IMG/VR virus record: IMGVR_UViG_3300001528_000425
Span: 128,001-192,000 of that record
DNA: 64,000 nucleotides
Source of the DNA: a virus
Lineage: Duplodnaviria > Caudoviricetes
Strand: one strand, 5' to 3'
Below the pieces are notes generated by a model that made no database searches, was not told where the DNA came from, and worked only from the letters and a program-made list of their open reading frames with translations. Numbering within the stretch: the first letter of the stretch is position 1; each line of letters begins with the position of its first letter. This document shows positions 49,967-61,500 of the stretch, piece after piece. A program made the position numbers and the translations under genes.

Positions 49967-52111
49967 ATGTCCCTTTCGTACGACCTTACCGGGAGAGATC
50001 CGAACTTTAAGAGGACGGATGCCCGGTTCGCGGTATTTATGGAAGAGCAGGTGATCAGCTTCGATGAACCCGTATACGTGGAAAGCATCGTGGTTCGCCA
50101 CTTGCTCGGTGGAAATACCACCGAACTGACCGCTGACATCGATTGGCTTATAACCAAGAATAGTTACGACTACGATGCCATTAGTCAAGCCAAGGTGATG
50201 GATGCAGCGTTCACCAGAACGCTGGTGAAGAACATCGTCTTGAAGATATTCAGAACAGGAGAAACGGAATCACAGGTGTCTGTTGACTATCAAAGATTCC
50301 AAAAATCCTACGTGGCCGAATATGATCCAGATGGTGATGGACCGGCATACAGTCCTTCTCTGATGAAGGACATGCTTGATCGAATCACTCAACTGGAAGC
50401 GATCAAGAACCCTGTCAACGATCTGGTAACAGACGACCTGAATAAGGTCACGTTCCTTGAAGTTGACAAAACTGGATTAGCTACTGCCAACTACGTGTTG
50501 GACGAACTGCAATCGATCAATGTTCCTGCTGGTCAGCCTTTCCTGCGACCCGCATATGGCTCGTTCTATGCTCACGATGTTGTGGTGAAATCGGTTGTCA
50601 CTCGATCCATCCCTATCTCCAAAGTAAAAGCAACTGGCTTCTACGATGTATATCGGACTGGTACGGTTGGATCTGGTTATCCGCTGCTCACCAGAGCACA
50701 ACAGATGTCGGAACAAGGAGTCGCGTTGTCAGGAGACGGAACTCGTATCCGTAACACGAGTGAAATCAACTCTCCGATCAAAGATGTGGCCACCGGAAGG
50801 TTGTTGATCACTTCTGCCGATATCGCTGCTGGGTTGGTGGCGGTATATGAAGAAGAGACGATGTTGACTCAAGGAGAGGACTACAACGTCTCCTATGCGA
50901 ACTTGTCCAAGACCAGGCAATCCACTCATCCGAGTGGAGTGTATGAAGTCATCTACTTCCTTGCACCTTTGGTTGGTAACGTCAAGGTATCGTACCACGC
51001 TTATGGCGGAACAGTTTCTCCGTTCGATGTCACCAAGTTGCAGAGTGCACTGATCGACATCATCACTGTTCTTCAGAACAATGGATACCTGACCCCAGAA
51101 GATGTGGATAAACTTACTGTCATCCAGACGATCATCAAACGTCTGGACAAGATGGAGGAGTTCCACCGTCATTTCTTGCAGATCGAACGAAATGTTGCTG
51201 TAGTTGACGAGAATCGGCACTGGTATCCGATCGCGTTCATCTACGATGACAGGTGGTCCGGTATCGATGATGGGACAGATGACATCGGACAATTCCGTGT
51301 GGAATCGTTGGAACGAGAATGGGTGTACGACTTTGTTGTAACCGCCAATCTCTCTGCGATCGGACACCGGAAGTTCATGCTCGACACGATGAAATCATGT
51401 GATCCTAACTACGTCTTCTCTCAGAACGACTATCGAGGAGCGTGCAATGGAGATATGATCCAAGCACGTTTGGTCTGGGTGGGTGATGGAAAGTCCAGTG
51501 GAGTTGTTCTCCAGCTTGGTATCAAATACGATAAATTGGTTGGCAAGAAAGACGTCGATCTCCTTGTTGTTACCAATAAGTCTGGTGGTGCCAGTCGCTG
51601 GAGATTGAGCGAGCCTTCGCTTAATGTAGTCCAACCACAGGATACGCAAGTCACTATGCCTGGACGAGTTACTGTATGGAACTCTGGTTCTGTGAACCAC
51701 AACTCCATCATCAAGACACTTGAACCTCCCAATGGTCTCCTGCTCTATGCTGGTTCTATGGCCATGCGTCCGTTCGGTACTCCGGCTCAACTGCCGTTGT
51801 TCAGTGAAGACATCACGGCTGATTTCCAGCCATGGCATGTCAAGGAACTGGAATTTGCATTCTTCGATCGCAAGGATGGGGAGTGGGTATATGCTCGACA
51901 AGCTGTTCACCTTGACAACTTCGATGGGTTAGGATCTACCGACTCAGAATCCGGGAACGAACTTGTGTTCTTCTTCCCTGATCTCTGTGGTATCCGTTAC
52001 CGTATGCTGCAACTGAATGGATTTGTCTTCTTTGTGGAAGCATGTCTTGGTTCCAGCAGCTTCTTCAACGATCGATTTGATTTGCGTCAAGTCGTGGCTC
52101 ATCTCAACTAA
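49967..52111 (+). CDS. Baseplate/tail-fibre-attachment type structural protein
   Basis: Two D.TG....N modules (YDLTGRDPNF; VDKTGLATANYVLDE..RPAYGSFY) typical of phiKZ-like tail proteins. Confidence 0.65.
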   Translation: MSLSYDLTGRDPNFKRTDARFAVFMEEQVISFDEPVYVESIVVRHLLGGNTTELTADIDWLITKNSYDYDAISQAKVMDAAFTRTLVKNIVLKIFRTGETESQVSVDYQRFQKSYVAEYDPDGDGPAYSPSLMKDMLDRITQLEAIKNPVNDLVTDDLNKVTFLEVDKTGLATANYVLDELQSINVPAGQPFLRPAYGSFYAHDVVVKSVVTRSIPISKVKATGFYDVYRTGTVGSGYPLLTRAQQMSEQGVALSGDGTRIRNTSEINSPIKDVATGRLLITSADIAAGLVAVYEEETMLTQGEDYNVSYANLSKTRQSTHPSGVYEVIYFLAPLVGNVKVSYHAYGGTVSPFDVTKLQSALIDIITVLQNNGYLTPEDVDKLTVIQTIIKRLDKMEEFHRHFLQIERNVAVVDENRHWYPIAFIYDDRWSGIDDGTDDIGQFRVESLEREWVYDFVVTANLSAIGHRKFMLDTMKSCDPNYVFSQNDYRGACNGDMIQARLVWVGDGKSSGVVLQLGIKYDKLVGKKDVDLLVVTNKSGGASRWRLSEPSLNVVQPQDTQVTMPGRVTVWNSGSVNHNSIIKTLEPPNGLLLYAGSMAMRPFGTPAQLPLFSEDITADFQPWHVKELEFAFFDRKDGEWVYARQAVHLDNFDGLGSTDSESGNELVFFFPDLCGIRYRMLQLNGFVFFVEACLGSSSFFNDRFDLRQVVAHLN

Positions 52112-52123
52112 GGAGGAATTGAA

Positions 52124-52462
52124 ATGGTCTATGCTGTGATCAGATATGATTCCGTTTCAAGGAATATCCTTGGTGTCGGGATCAGATACGTGCGGAGTGG
52201 CATTGCACAAGGAGCTGGTGAACTCTGTCTCCGGTGTGACAACGAAGAGAACGGATTGCCTGACGGCATGTCGATTGAATCGTTCATGAACAACTTTCAC
52301 CACTGGATGGTTACTACCGATGGAGGTGGTCTGATTAAAGTCAGTGAAACTTCTCCTGGTGGAAGAACTTACACGAATGCCGAATGGAATGCATTGACAT
52401 ACAGTCATCTTCCGTTGGCATATCGTAGAGCGAATGAGATCAAGAACTTCAAATTCGTTTAA
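52124..52462 (+). CDS. Hypothetical protein
   Basis: AAGGAGG RBS, 112 aa. Confidence 0.75.
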   Translation: MVYAVIRYDSVSRNILGVGIRYVRSGIAQGAGELCLRCDNEENGLPDGMSIESFMNNFHHWMVTTDGGGLIKVSETSPGGRTYTNAEWNALTYSHLPLAYRRANEIKNFKFV

Positions 52463-52475
52463 CAACTCAAAATAC

Positions 52476-52512
52476 CCTAGAGGGAAGGAGCGTAGTGCTC
52501 CTTCCCTCTAGG
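52476..52512. terminator. Bidirectional terminator hairpin
   Basis: 16-bp stem between convergent genes. Confidence 0.85.
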
Positions 52513-52524
52513 TGATATTTGTCT

Positions 52525-53565
52525 TTATTTTTTGGTTTCGTCTTTCTCAGTGGGAGGACGCCAGTCTCTTGCCGCGTTGCAGACGAACAACAACGCACGT
52601 GCAACCGCTCCATTATTCACAGAGGATTTGCGAAGAACTGATCGGAAGAAATCCGCTTCCTTCTTGATAGATCTGGCCAAATCTTGATCACCGTCACTCT
52701 GAGCAGCTTGTTTGGCGGTGTTCATCTTCTTGAGAACTTCGTTCATCGCCCGATTCATTGTCTGATCGTCTTTCAACATACCGATTGTGGTTTCACAGTA
52801 TGTCTGAAGGTCTCCCAGTTTCCATTGTGCTACACCGAGTTTGAACACTCGACGTTCGGGACCACGATTGGAAGAATGAACTCCGTCAGCAGTGATCGTC
52901 TGTCCAAAGTAGGCAAAGCTCTTCTCCAGGACATTGATGTGCTTCTTGACATAGTCTCCTTGATCCTGGTTCAGATCGGAGTAAGTCTCCGTAACGGAGA
53001 TAGCTGCAGCTTGCAGTTCACGCCACACCAGATTGTGATAGGTGTTGACTGAAAGCTGGGCAAAGATGTTCTGATCCCCACGACAGTAGATGTTGATACT
53101 GTTCTGAAGCATCGCCGCATGCTTCTGCAGCTGGAATCGATACCGTCGGTTATGGACGATATAATCCATCATGAACTCTTTGAATGCTTCCATCAGCTGA
53201 GTCAGGATACGAATGAAGTCTTCTTTCCATCCTTCCATGCTCGCTTCTGCTTTCTGCAGATAGAGATCACGGAGCTCCGGATTGTACGATTCCATTGTAA
53301 CGATTTCGAGTGGTTGACCGATAAGAGATTCCATCTCTCCGTTGTAGTCGAAAGCACTCAAAAAGGCCGTATCAACCCGGTAGCCTTCGACTGCCTTTTT
53401 AAAGGCTAAAACTCGGTCATACTTAAGCAATTGGCTGTCCAAATCAGCCATAATTGCATCACACTTCTGAATGGCCAAAATTTGATCGAACTCAGATTGA
53501 GTCAAATCAGCATCGGCACTCTCAAGTGTTGGTCCAACCGGATGACCCGGCATGGTGTACTTCAT
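52525..53565 (-). CDS. Internal head protein
   Basis: Start MKYTM after GGAG; TLE, TME, SME sites. Confidence 0.7.
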   Translation of the reverse strand: MKYTMPGHPVGPTLESADADLTQSEFDQILAIQKCDAIMADLDSQLLKYDRVLAFKKAVEGYRVDTAFLSAFDYNGEMESLIGQPLEIVTMESYNPELRDLYLQKAEASMEGWKEDFIRILTQLMEAFKEFMMDYIVHNRRYRFQLQKHAAMLQNSINIYCRGDQNIFAQLSVNTYHNLVWRELQAAAISVTETYSDLNQDQGDYVKKHINVLEKSFAYFGQTITADGVHSSNRGPERRVFKLGVAQWKLGDLQTYCETTIGMLKDDQTMNRAMNEVLKKMNTAKQAAQSDGDQDLARSIKKEADFFRSVLRKSSVNNGAVARALLFVCNAARDWRPPTEKDETKK

Positions 53566-53588
53566 GTTACATATCTCCAAGTTTATAC

Positions 53589-55487
53589 TTAGTTCTTGTT
53601 CACTCGATGCCACGGGAAGATAGACATCAACGATTTGATTGGAGCGCTCATGCCCATCATGGTTGCCCAGTAAGTTGAAGATCCCCACGTGTTACGTTTC
53701 ATCAACAGAAGCGCTTGTGTTCTTCTCATCATGGTATCCCATCGGAAGTATCTTTCCTTCAAGCCGATACCGGCAAGTGTGTCCAGATACATATCGAGTT
53801 TCGTTGTATTCAAGTTATCGATCGTCCCATCACACAAGTGTGTATAAAGCACAGGAGAAAGATCCTTGATCGAGAAACTCACTTTAACGACAGTGGGCAT
53901 GTCTGTATGGTTCCACCCGAATTCCTGATCGCCTCGCTCTACACTCAGGCTATCGATGATTCCGTAGGGAACGGCGAACATACCCTTGACATATGCCCTT
54001 ACCATAAACGGTGAGGTGAATGTTGAGTTACCGGTACCTCGAGGAAGAGTACCAGCCAACAAACAAGACAACGGGATGTAGATGGATTGGTAGATCGAAA
54101 CCGGATCTCCATACTTGGCACGTAGTACCATATTGAAACTGTAGCTTTTGCTGAAGCTACTTCCAGCCCATACTTCTGGTAAGTCGAAATATCCGTTACC
54201 GGTGTAGATATTCATAGCGGCCTTTTTGAAACCGCTAGAAGCTGCTTCCCAGAATTGCTTAAATCCAGAAACCAATGCATCCAAAGTTCCGATAACACCA
54301 GTGCCACCGGCACTGTTCATGGAGATGTCACGTTTCTGCCCAACGAATCCGTTCAAGTCCTGTGCCAACTGAGTTTCCTTGGTGCTGTTGCTGAAACTTT
54401 CGGAGGCGTTGGTACCCTTTTCGATGCGGAACCCGATGAAGTCGTTGCCACCAAGTGCAGAGCCCTTAAACGCACCAGTGAATCGATCGAAGATCGTAGA
54501 TTCTTGTCCACCATCGATCTCATCTTTGTTGGTTTTCTCGTTGCGTTTGATACCCTTGCCCATTGCTTTCGCTTGCTCGTCATTTAGATCGTCAGTAGAC
54601 ATATTGAGTAGCTTCTGATCCTTGGCGTCTGGGTCCAATCGAGCAGCACGTTTGTTCAGGATACGAAAGATATCCGGACCGTCTTTGATGATCTCTGGGA
54701 GATTATGTCGATACATAGCTGCTATTTCTGGATTCTGCAATCCTTGGGAAGTAGTGTTACCCCAAATACCCATATTAACTGCAAGCTTAGATGCTATGAC
54801 GTTCACCAATCTCAGATACAAGGGCATGGATTGATAGAACTTGATGTAGTCGGTAACCTCAAATGTGTTACCAAGCGACAGTAACTTCGATGTCCAGATG
54901 ATCGGATACCATGGAAGTTCGAATGCGATCTTCAAACCTTCTCCAAGCAGATGTCCAATGGAATAGGCTGCGCTCGCATAACCGTTCTCCATGGTAACAG
55001 CCAACTTAGCTGCTGTCGCTTTACCAAGGTAATCTTCCAGCTTATTGAAGTGAGGTACTCCGAAGGTCATCCACAAGATGCGTTGTTGTCCGTCGAAGAT
55101 CTCACTATACACTCGACCCATACCAGAGTATCCATATCCAGCAGCTCTACCAGCCTTGCTGTTCATGATAGGAACAATGTCATCATCCAACCCGAAGGAC
55201 GGATAAGGATTGATAGCATCGTTACCACCTACACTTGAATCAGACACGATCGGACGTTCTCCGATCGATTTGTCTTTCTTTTCAAGATCTTTCAATTGCT
55301 CCCTGGCACGAGCTCTTGCTGTATCCACGTCCATATTTTCATCAGCTTCCATGAAACCCTTAGCGAATACATCAATAAGAGAATCTCTGTAGTTCTGATA
55401 ACTCTTACCAAGGATGACTCCGTAGGGGGATTTGAGCCAGTCTGGATTCTGGTCCATCACAGTTTCGGGTCTTTTAACCGAAGCCAT
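53589..55487 (-). CDS. Conserved tail/baseplate protein (phiKZ gp182-like)
   Basis: DSSVGGNDAINP, GMGRVYSE, FGVP.F, SESFSNST, PEVWAGSSF; next to the gp181-like gene. Confidence 0.75.
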   Translation of the reverse strand: MASVKRPETVMDQNPDWLKSPYGVILGKSYQNYRDSLIDVFAKGFMEADENMDVDTARARAREQLKDLEKKDKSIGERPIVSDSSVGGNDAINPYPSFGLDDDIVPIMNSKAGRAAGYGYSGMGRVYSEIFDGQQRILWMTFGVPHFNKLEDYLGKATAAKLAVTMENGYASAAYSIGHLLGEGLKIAFELPWYPIIWTSKLLSLGNTFEVTDYIKFYQSMPLYLRLVNVIASKLAVNMGIWGNTTSQGLQNPEIAAMYRHNLPEIIKDGPDIFRILNKRAARLDPDAKDQKLLNMSTDDLNDEQAKAMGKGIKRNEKTNKDEIDGGQESTIFDRFTGAFKGSALGGNDFIGFRIEKGTNASESFSNSTKETQLAQDLNGFVGQKRDISMNSAGGTGVIGTLDALVSGFKQFWEAASSGFKKAAMNIYTGNGYFDLPEVWAGSSFSKSYSFNMVLRAKYGDPVSIYQSIYIPLSCLLAGTLPRGTGNSTFTSPFMVRAYVKGMFAVPYGIIDSLSVERGDQEFGWNHTDMPTVVKVSFSIKDLSPVLYTHLCDGTIDNLNTTKLDMYLDTLAGIGLKERYFRWDTMMRRTQALLLMKRNTWGSSTYWATMMGMSAPIKSLMSIFPWHRVNKN

Positions 55488-55551
55488 ATGACGTTTCCTC
55501 CTTTAGTTGTTCTTAAATTTGCTATATTATCGTCCATAACGAATAAAAAGA

Positions 55552-55589
55552 ACTAGGTAAGGAGGGGGATATCCCCCTCCTTACCTAGT
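55552..55589 (-). terminator. Terminator, perfect palindrome
   Basis: ACTAGGTAAGGAGGGGGATATCCCCCTCCTTACCTAGT with T-run on the minus strand. Confidence 0.85.
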
Positions 55590-55596
55590 GGATGAG

Positions 55597-58500
55597 TTAC
55601 TTCTTACGAAGATCGACTCCATCTCGATCCGACTCTTTTCCAGTCTGCTGCATAACAGCAACAGGGGAATTGTTCATAACAACAGGCGGCGGCATTTCCT
55701 TCTTGGCGGTTTCTTGCGAAGCCTTGACCAGGTCAGACATACCATCGATCTTGATGCCTCCTCCGTTGGTAACCAACTTGGATAGCAACTGAGCGATCTG
55801 AGCGCTGTTCGCTGCATTTTGAGCAGCAGCAGATTCATTCTTCTTAAGGCTCTCAGCGAGACCCTGCTGAAGTTTATCAACACTGTTGTTAAGATTACGC
55901 GCACCTTGCAGTTGAGTAGAAGGTGCAGTCTGTGCTGCATTCTTCACCTCTTCCTGGGTAGATGCCATCGGATTGGGATCGGAACCCATGATGTCACGAC
56001 CAGTAGTCGTGAGCTTCGGTGCATTGGTTGATGCATCTTTGATGATGTCAGATGCTGGTGGTTCTGGTTGGATTTCTGCATTCTCCACGGAAGCAGCTGC
56101 ATCCTTCCCTTGTTCCAGGGCGGCTTTTTCTTGTTCAGCTTTAGCAGCTTGCGCCTTGCTGTACTCAGCCTCGATGGCTTTGGAGATAGCGAAGCCTTCT
56201 TTACTACCAGCTTTAGTTCCCAAGAACGCGGCGGCTTTGTCCGCCAGAGATTTGCCCTCGGGGGTGTTCATACCGCCAAGCTTCTGAACAAGCATCTGGT
56301 GACGTTTGTTCTTAAGCTCCCACATCTTCTTATCATCACTATTACCACGGAAGAAGTTCTTCATGGACAACCAACCGGTTTCACCTGCAGAACGAGCAGC
56401 AGCTACGATCACACGACCTTGTTCGACTGGGTTGAGACCAACGTCAATTGCATTGTTGACGAACCCTCTCCAGCTCACTCCGCCACGGTTAGCGACCTGT
56501 TCCTCGTATTCTTTTCTGCGTTCTCCGGTCATGAGCGCACCATCGATAGCACCTGCACCGATCGCTGCCAACTGGAGTGGACCAAGTGCTTTGGACGCTA
56601 CACCAGAAGCAGCTTTCAGACCGACAGTAGCTGCAGCCTTGGGAGCTGCTTTAGCGGCGACCTTACCAGCTAAGCCGAGAATCGGCGCTGCCGTATAGCC
56701 AACGTTAACTGCCGTATCAGCTGCAGATGCGATACCAGACTGATTCTCAGCGGTGGTATCATCCCCGAGAGCCGTCAGCCAAGGACCTTTCTGTTGAGAA
56801 GATGCTGGTACCGGAGGCGGAGCTCCACCTGCTTTCAGCTTCTCCAGCAGAGCATTATTCGGTGCATTGGTTGATGCATCAGCGTTCTGCATCGGATTGG
56901 GATCGGGAGTATCTCCAGGAGATTTCACTTCCGTTCCTACTTGTTCCAGGGCGGCTTTTTCTTGAGGAGTAGTTGGAGAGCCTTCTTCCTTCCCTTCTTC
57001 ACCGGGAATTAATCCAGCATCCTTCTTCATCTGAAGTTCTTTGATACGATCGGAGATATCCTCATCATCGTTCAAATCCACTCCAAGTGCATTCAACTCC
57101 TTGATATCACGTTCTTCTGGCGCTTTGTTTCGAAGTTCCTGAAGTCTGGAAATCTGCTGATCAGTAGTCATAAGGGCGGACGTTGCCGCCTTCTTATCAT
57201 CTTCCGATGCAGCTTCTCCGTCTTCTGTCTTTTCGATGGCACCGCCAGCTGCATCCGCAACTGCCTGTTGGAACATGTTGTAAGCTGCCTGGCATTCCTC
57301 GATAGACTTCGCCTCCGTGATGTTCATCATAGCGGCAGCTGCCGCTTTCTTCTGACGATCATTCATGTCTGGCATCGTACTATCGATGGTATCGAGCAAC
57401 TGCTTCTTGTAATCGGCTAATTGCTTTTCTTGATCATCATCACCTCCGGACATCCCGTAGGCAGTACCAGCGATAGCAGCGGTTCCGATACCAAGCACAG
57501 CCAGCTTCTTCCCCCAACCACCAGGAGTCTTAAGGGCCTTCATTAACATTTTGCCGCCAGCCTTCCAAACGCTAGGTTTGAAGAGTTTGCCAGCTGTTTT
57601 GGTAGCAGAGGCGATACCCTTACCGTAGTTCTTGAACGCTTTGCCGCTGGTAAACATCCGACGTGCGGTGTTCCACACCTTTGATCCTCTGGTGAGCATG
57701 CCTCCAGAGGTCTGAGATGCACGACCAGCGCGCTGAAGCACTCGTGCTCTGGCGTAGAGACCTTTGCCAAGCTTAGAGCCCTTGCTCCAGCCCCCCTTCG
57801 CCATGGTTCTGCCTTTGTACCAGTTAGCGAACTTACCGGCTCCAGCAGCCAGACCCAATCCACCTAACGTGTATTTGACTGTCTTGCTGAGCCAACCTTC
57901 GCCTCCCTCACCAGTATTGTTGGTGACGTTATTGATGACTTGAGGTCCATCATCACCGCCTCCTCCACCTGCAGCCATGGCAGCGAGTTCCTCGCGACGT
58001 TCCTTCTCGGCTTGACGCTTCTCCATGATGTCTTCGTAACTTCCATCACGATCTCCATCACCATCGGCATCGCCGAACATCGGTCGTTTTCCACCAGGCC
58101 CGCCACCATAGAACCCATCTTCAGGAAGTCTCGCATCCAACAACTTGTAGATCAAATCCAACCGATCTGTGATCGGTGCGTACTTCTTCTCTGGGTTCTT
58201 ACCGGCTCCGAATAGCCATTTGAGACCTGCACCCGCACCATCGAACAATTTCTTGTAGATGTGCGTGTACATCTCAACTACGCTACCGCCACCTTTGAAG
58301 AGGGTCTTCAGCATGTCAGAACCATTGCCGAGAAGTTTCTTGGCAAGACCTCCCCCACCTCCGGCTCCAGATCCGAGTGGACGGTTATCCACATCTACCA
58401 ACCCATGCTTAATATCTTCTTCAGTGATCAGACACTCTTTGGTTTGAGGATCGAACACCGGTTCGATGATATCTTCACTACGCTTGACTGTGGTACCATC

Positions 58501-61500
58501 TTTGAACACGACTCCGCTTTCTTGCTTCCGTCGTGACAGGATCGGTTTACCGGGATCGATCTGATCCTTGAGATAGATGTTGACATAAGGTCTGTCAGCT
58601 GCTCGTCTGCCACCGAGGATATTGGAGATACCCTTGATGGCCGCACCGTAAACACCGAAGTAACCTTTCAGCAATCCGGTCGCTCCTTTGACAGCATTGT
58701 TAGCCAAGAGCAACCCACCTTGCACCATCTTGGACAGAGGACGATTAGACACCGTCACCAGGCCATGTTGCAAGTCTTCTTCACTGATCAGTACTTCTCC
58801 GGTAGCTGCATCGATCACAGGACGATCGATATCCTTACTGTTGAGAACACGTTCTTGTGTATCTGCGAACAGTACGCCAGGTGCTCTCGCTTGTTTCTGG
58901 GCACTGAGCAGCGGATGTCCGAGATCGACGTTATCCTTGAGATAGATGTCGTAGTACGGTTCCTTAGCACCCAATACACCACCAGCTATCTTGCTGGCTA
59001 ACCCGAAGGCTCCTTTGATCGCTGAACTGTAGACGTTGAAGTAGCCTTTCGCGATGGTGCCACCAGCACCTACGAGTTTACCCGCAAGTCCTGTCAGACC
59101 CCCACCACCTTGGCCTCCTATACCTTGGAGTCCTGCGACCAACTCGAGCATCGTGTCAAGTTGTTCGTCGCGTTTGGTCTGACGTTCGTCCCAACTAACG
59201 TTCCATGCCTTGAACGCATCGAGCATTGAGTTGGAGTTGGTAACACCAAGACCAGGATCATCGATACTGGGAGAAGCTGGATCTTGAACCGTACTGGTTT
59301 GCACGGTAGAAGAAGGTGCTTGAACTTGCGGCAGAGGAGCTGCTTCAGGTCTCAGTCGGTTGAGCTGAGTCAGTTTTCTAGCCATCACCATACGCAACTG
59401 CAGCACATCGAATTTCTTACCGGATTTGGATTCCAGTGTATCCAGTAAGGCACCGAAATCGTTCCGATATTGAAGGATCAATGCTCCAAGTTGATCAGAA
59501 TCCATACCTGCCTGGTTGGCAAGATCTTCAGCCGAACTGATAGGAGTAAGTTGCGGAGAAGATGGAGATGGTGCAGCACCTGTGGGCGATGGTATCCCCG
59601 ACGGAGGTGGTGTCTCTGGGATGAAGGACTCCCGTCTCGGTGCTGGTGCCGTCTGGCTTTCATTACCGATGTGGATACCACGTTCGTGTAACCTTGCAAC
59701 GATTCTATCTTTGAGATCACCTTTGGCCACACGAGTCAACGTCTCTCCGGTTCCTTGGAGAAAATCATCCACAGGCTGGAAAACGCTGGAACTGGTAACA
59801 GAGCGAAGTTTATTCGCTCCAGCAGCCAGTGCTCCAGTGACACGACTCCCTACTGTAGAGATCTTCTCCGTGGCAACTTGTCTTACTTCATCAGAATGCT
59901 GTAAGCCACGAAGTGTGGACTCGTAAGCGTCATCAACAGCGCTTCCAAATGTTTTCTCGTCTTTCTTCCGCAATTCAGCGGCGATGGGATCGAGATTGAT
60001 CTGGTCGTTTTTATTGATGATGTCGGTCAAATACCGACGCATGCCACGAGCTTCAGCGAAGATCGGCAATTCGGTTTTGAAGGCATCGCGTGCAGATTGA
60101 CGATTGACCGCTTGTTGGATCATGTCCACCATGCGCTTGTCATATACACCATCCGGGAAGCAAGAGTCGTAGATCACTCGCAACACTGCTTTTGGATTAC
60201 GTGTCCCCTTGGTGATCGTTGCGATGTACTTGTCCGGGTCCGGATAGGGATCATTGGGATCTTCGTTGATATAAAGTCCGATCGTGTCCAAGTCCAGCGC
60301 CTCCATACGGAGCGCCATATTGACGATCACTTTACTAATGTCGTCCTGGACATTATCGAAGTTCATCTTATCTTCTTCAGATGCTTGAGACTTCGAGTGA
60401 CCAGCTTTGATTGTACCGATCGCCGCAGACAAATCCTTGGATCGTTGCTCTGCAGTACCCATGATACGATCGAACATGTTAGAACGCATCTCGGACACAG
60501 GGACAAAAGAGCGACTGTAATAGTCGTAAGCTTCTTCCTCTTGAGGTGATCCGGCTCTCAGCTGAGCGATCTCATTGTGGATCTTACCGAGCCATCCAGG
60601 GATGATCTCCACGATCGATTGTCTGGTGATGTTGTCGTAGATAGCGGCATCGGTGCCATTGGTCAGAAGCTTGTTGGTTCCAACTGAAGCCGCTTCAAAA
60701 CCCGGGATGATATCCGCCAGGAAACCCATAAGACCAGGCTGGTTCGCAGCGCGTTTACGCCACTGGGCCACTTTCATCAAGGTATTGGTTTTGATATCAC
60801 CGAAGGCGCCTTCCATGTCAGACGCGAATGGCTGAAGCTTATCAGCGATACGTCGAGTACCAGCAACGCCAAGGAATCCACCCAATCCTCGAGCAAGGAG
60901 ACCGCTGATTTGGCTTCCGATCCCCTGGCCTTCCATGCCAAGTTCACGCCCCATCTCAGCAGCATCAGCTTGTTGTTCAAGTTGTCCTGCAAAACTTCCA
61001 AGCATCCCTTGAGTACGTTCGAAGACTTTGTCTCGAATGTTTCCAAGGAGTTTGTCACGGAAGGTAGAAATGTATCCAGAAAGTCTCTGACCCCACTGTC
61101 CGTAGGTGGACTTCAAGTATTCTTCCTTCATACGTTCGATCTTGGTGATCTTATTCACTTCCGGCAATGCCGTATTGTGAGCGATGATCTTCAAGTTCGA
61201 TTCCATGACTTGCGACATCGTGCTGATCGCTCCAAAGATGTCTCTGGATACAAACAGATGTCTGTATTTCAGTTCCAGGGATTTCTTCAAATAAGCGGTG
61301 TAAGTCGTCTTCACGAAAGCAGCCACGTAGCGATTCGCTACATAGATGTCAGACAACCGATTCTCAAGCTGACGATTCCGGGTGGAAGCGAGTGCTTGAT
61401 TCAACATGTTGGTCTGACGTTCTTCCGCCTTCTGGGCTGCCATATACTCGATCTGAGCACTGGAAGTATCAGCGAAGACAGAACTCAATTCCGCTGCAAT

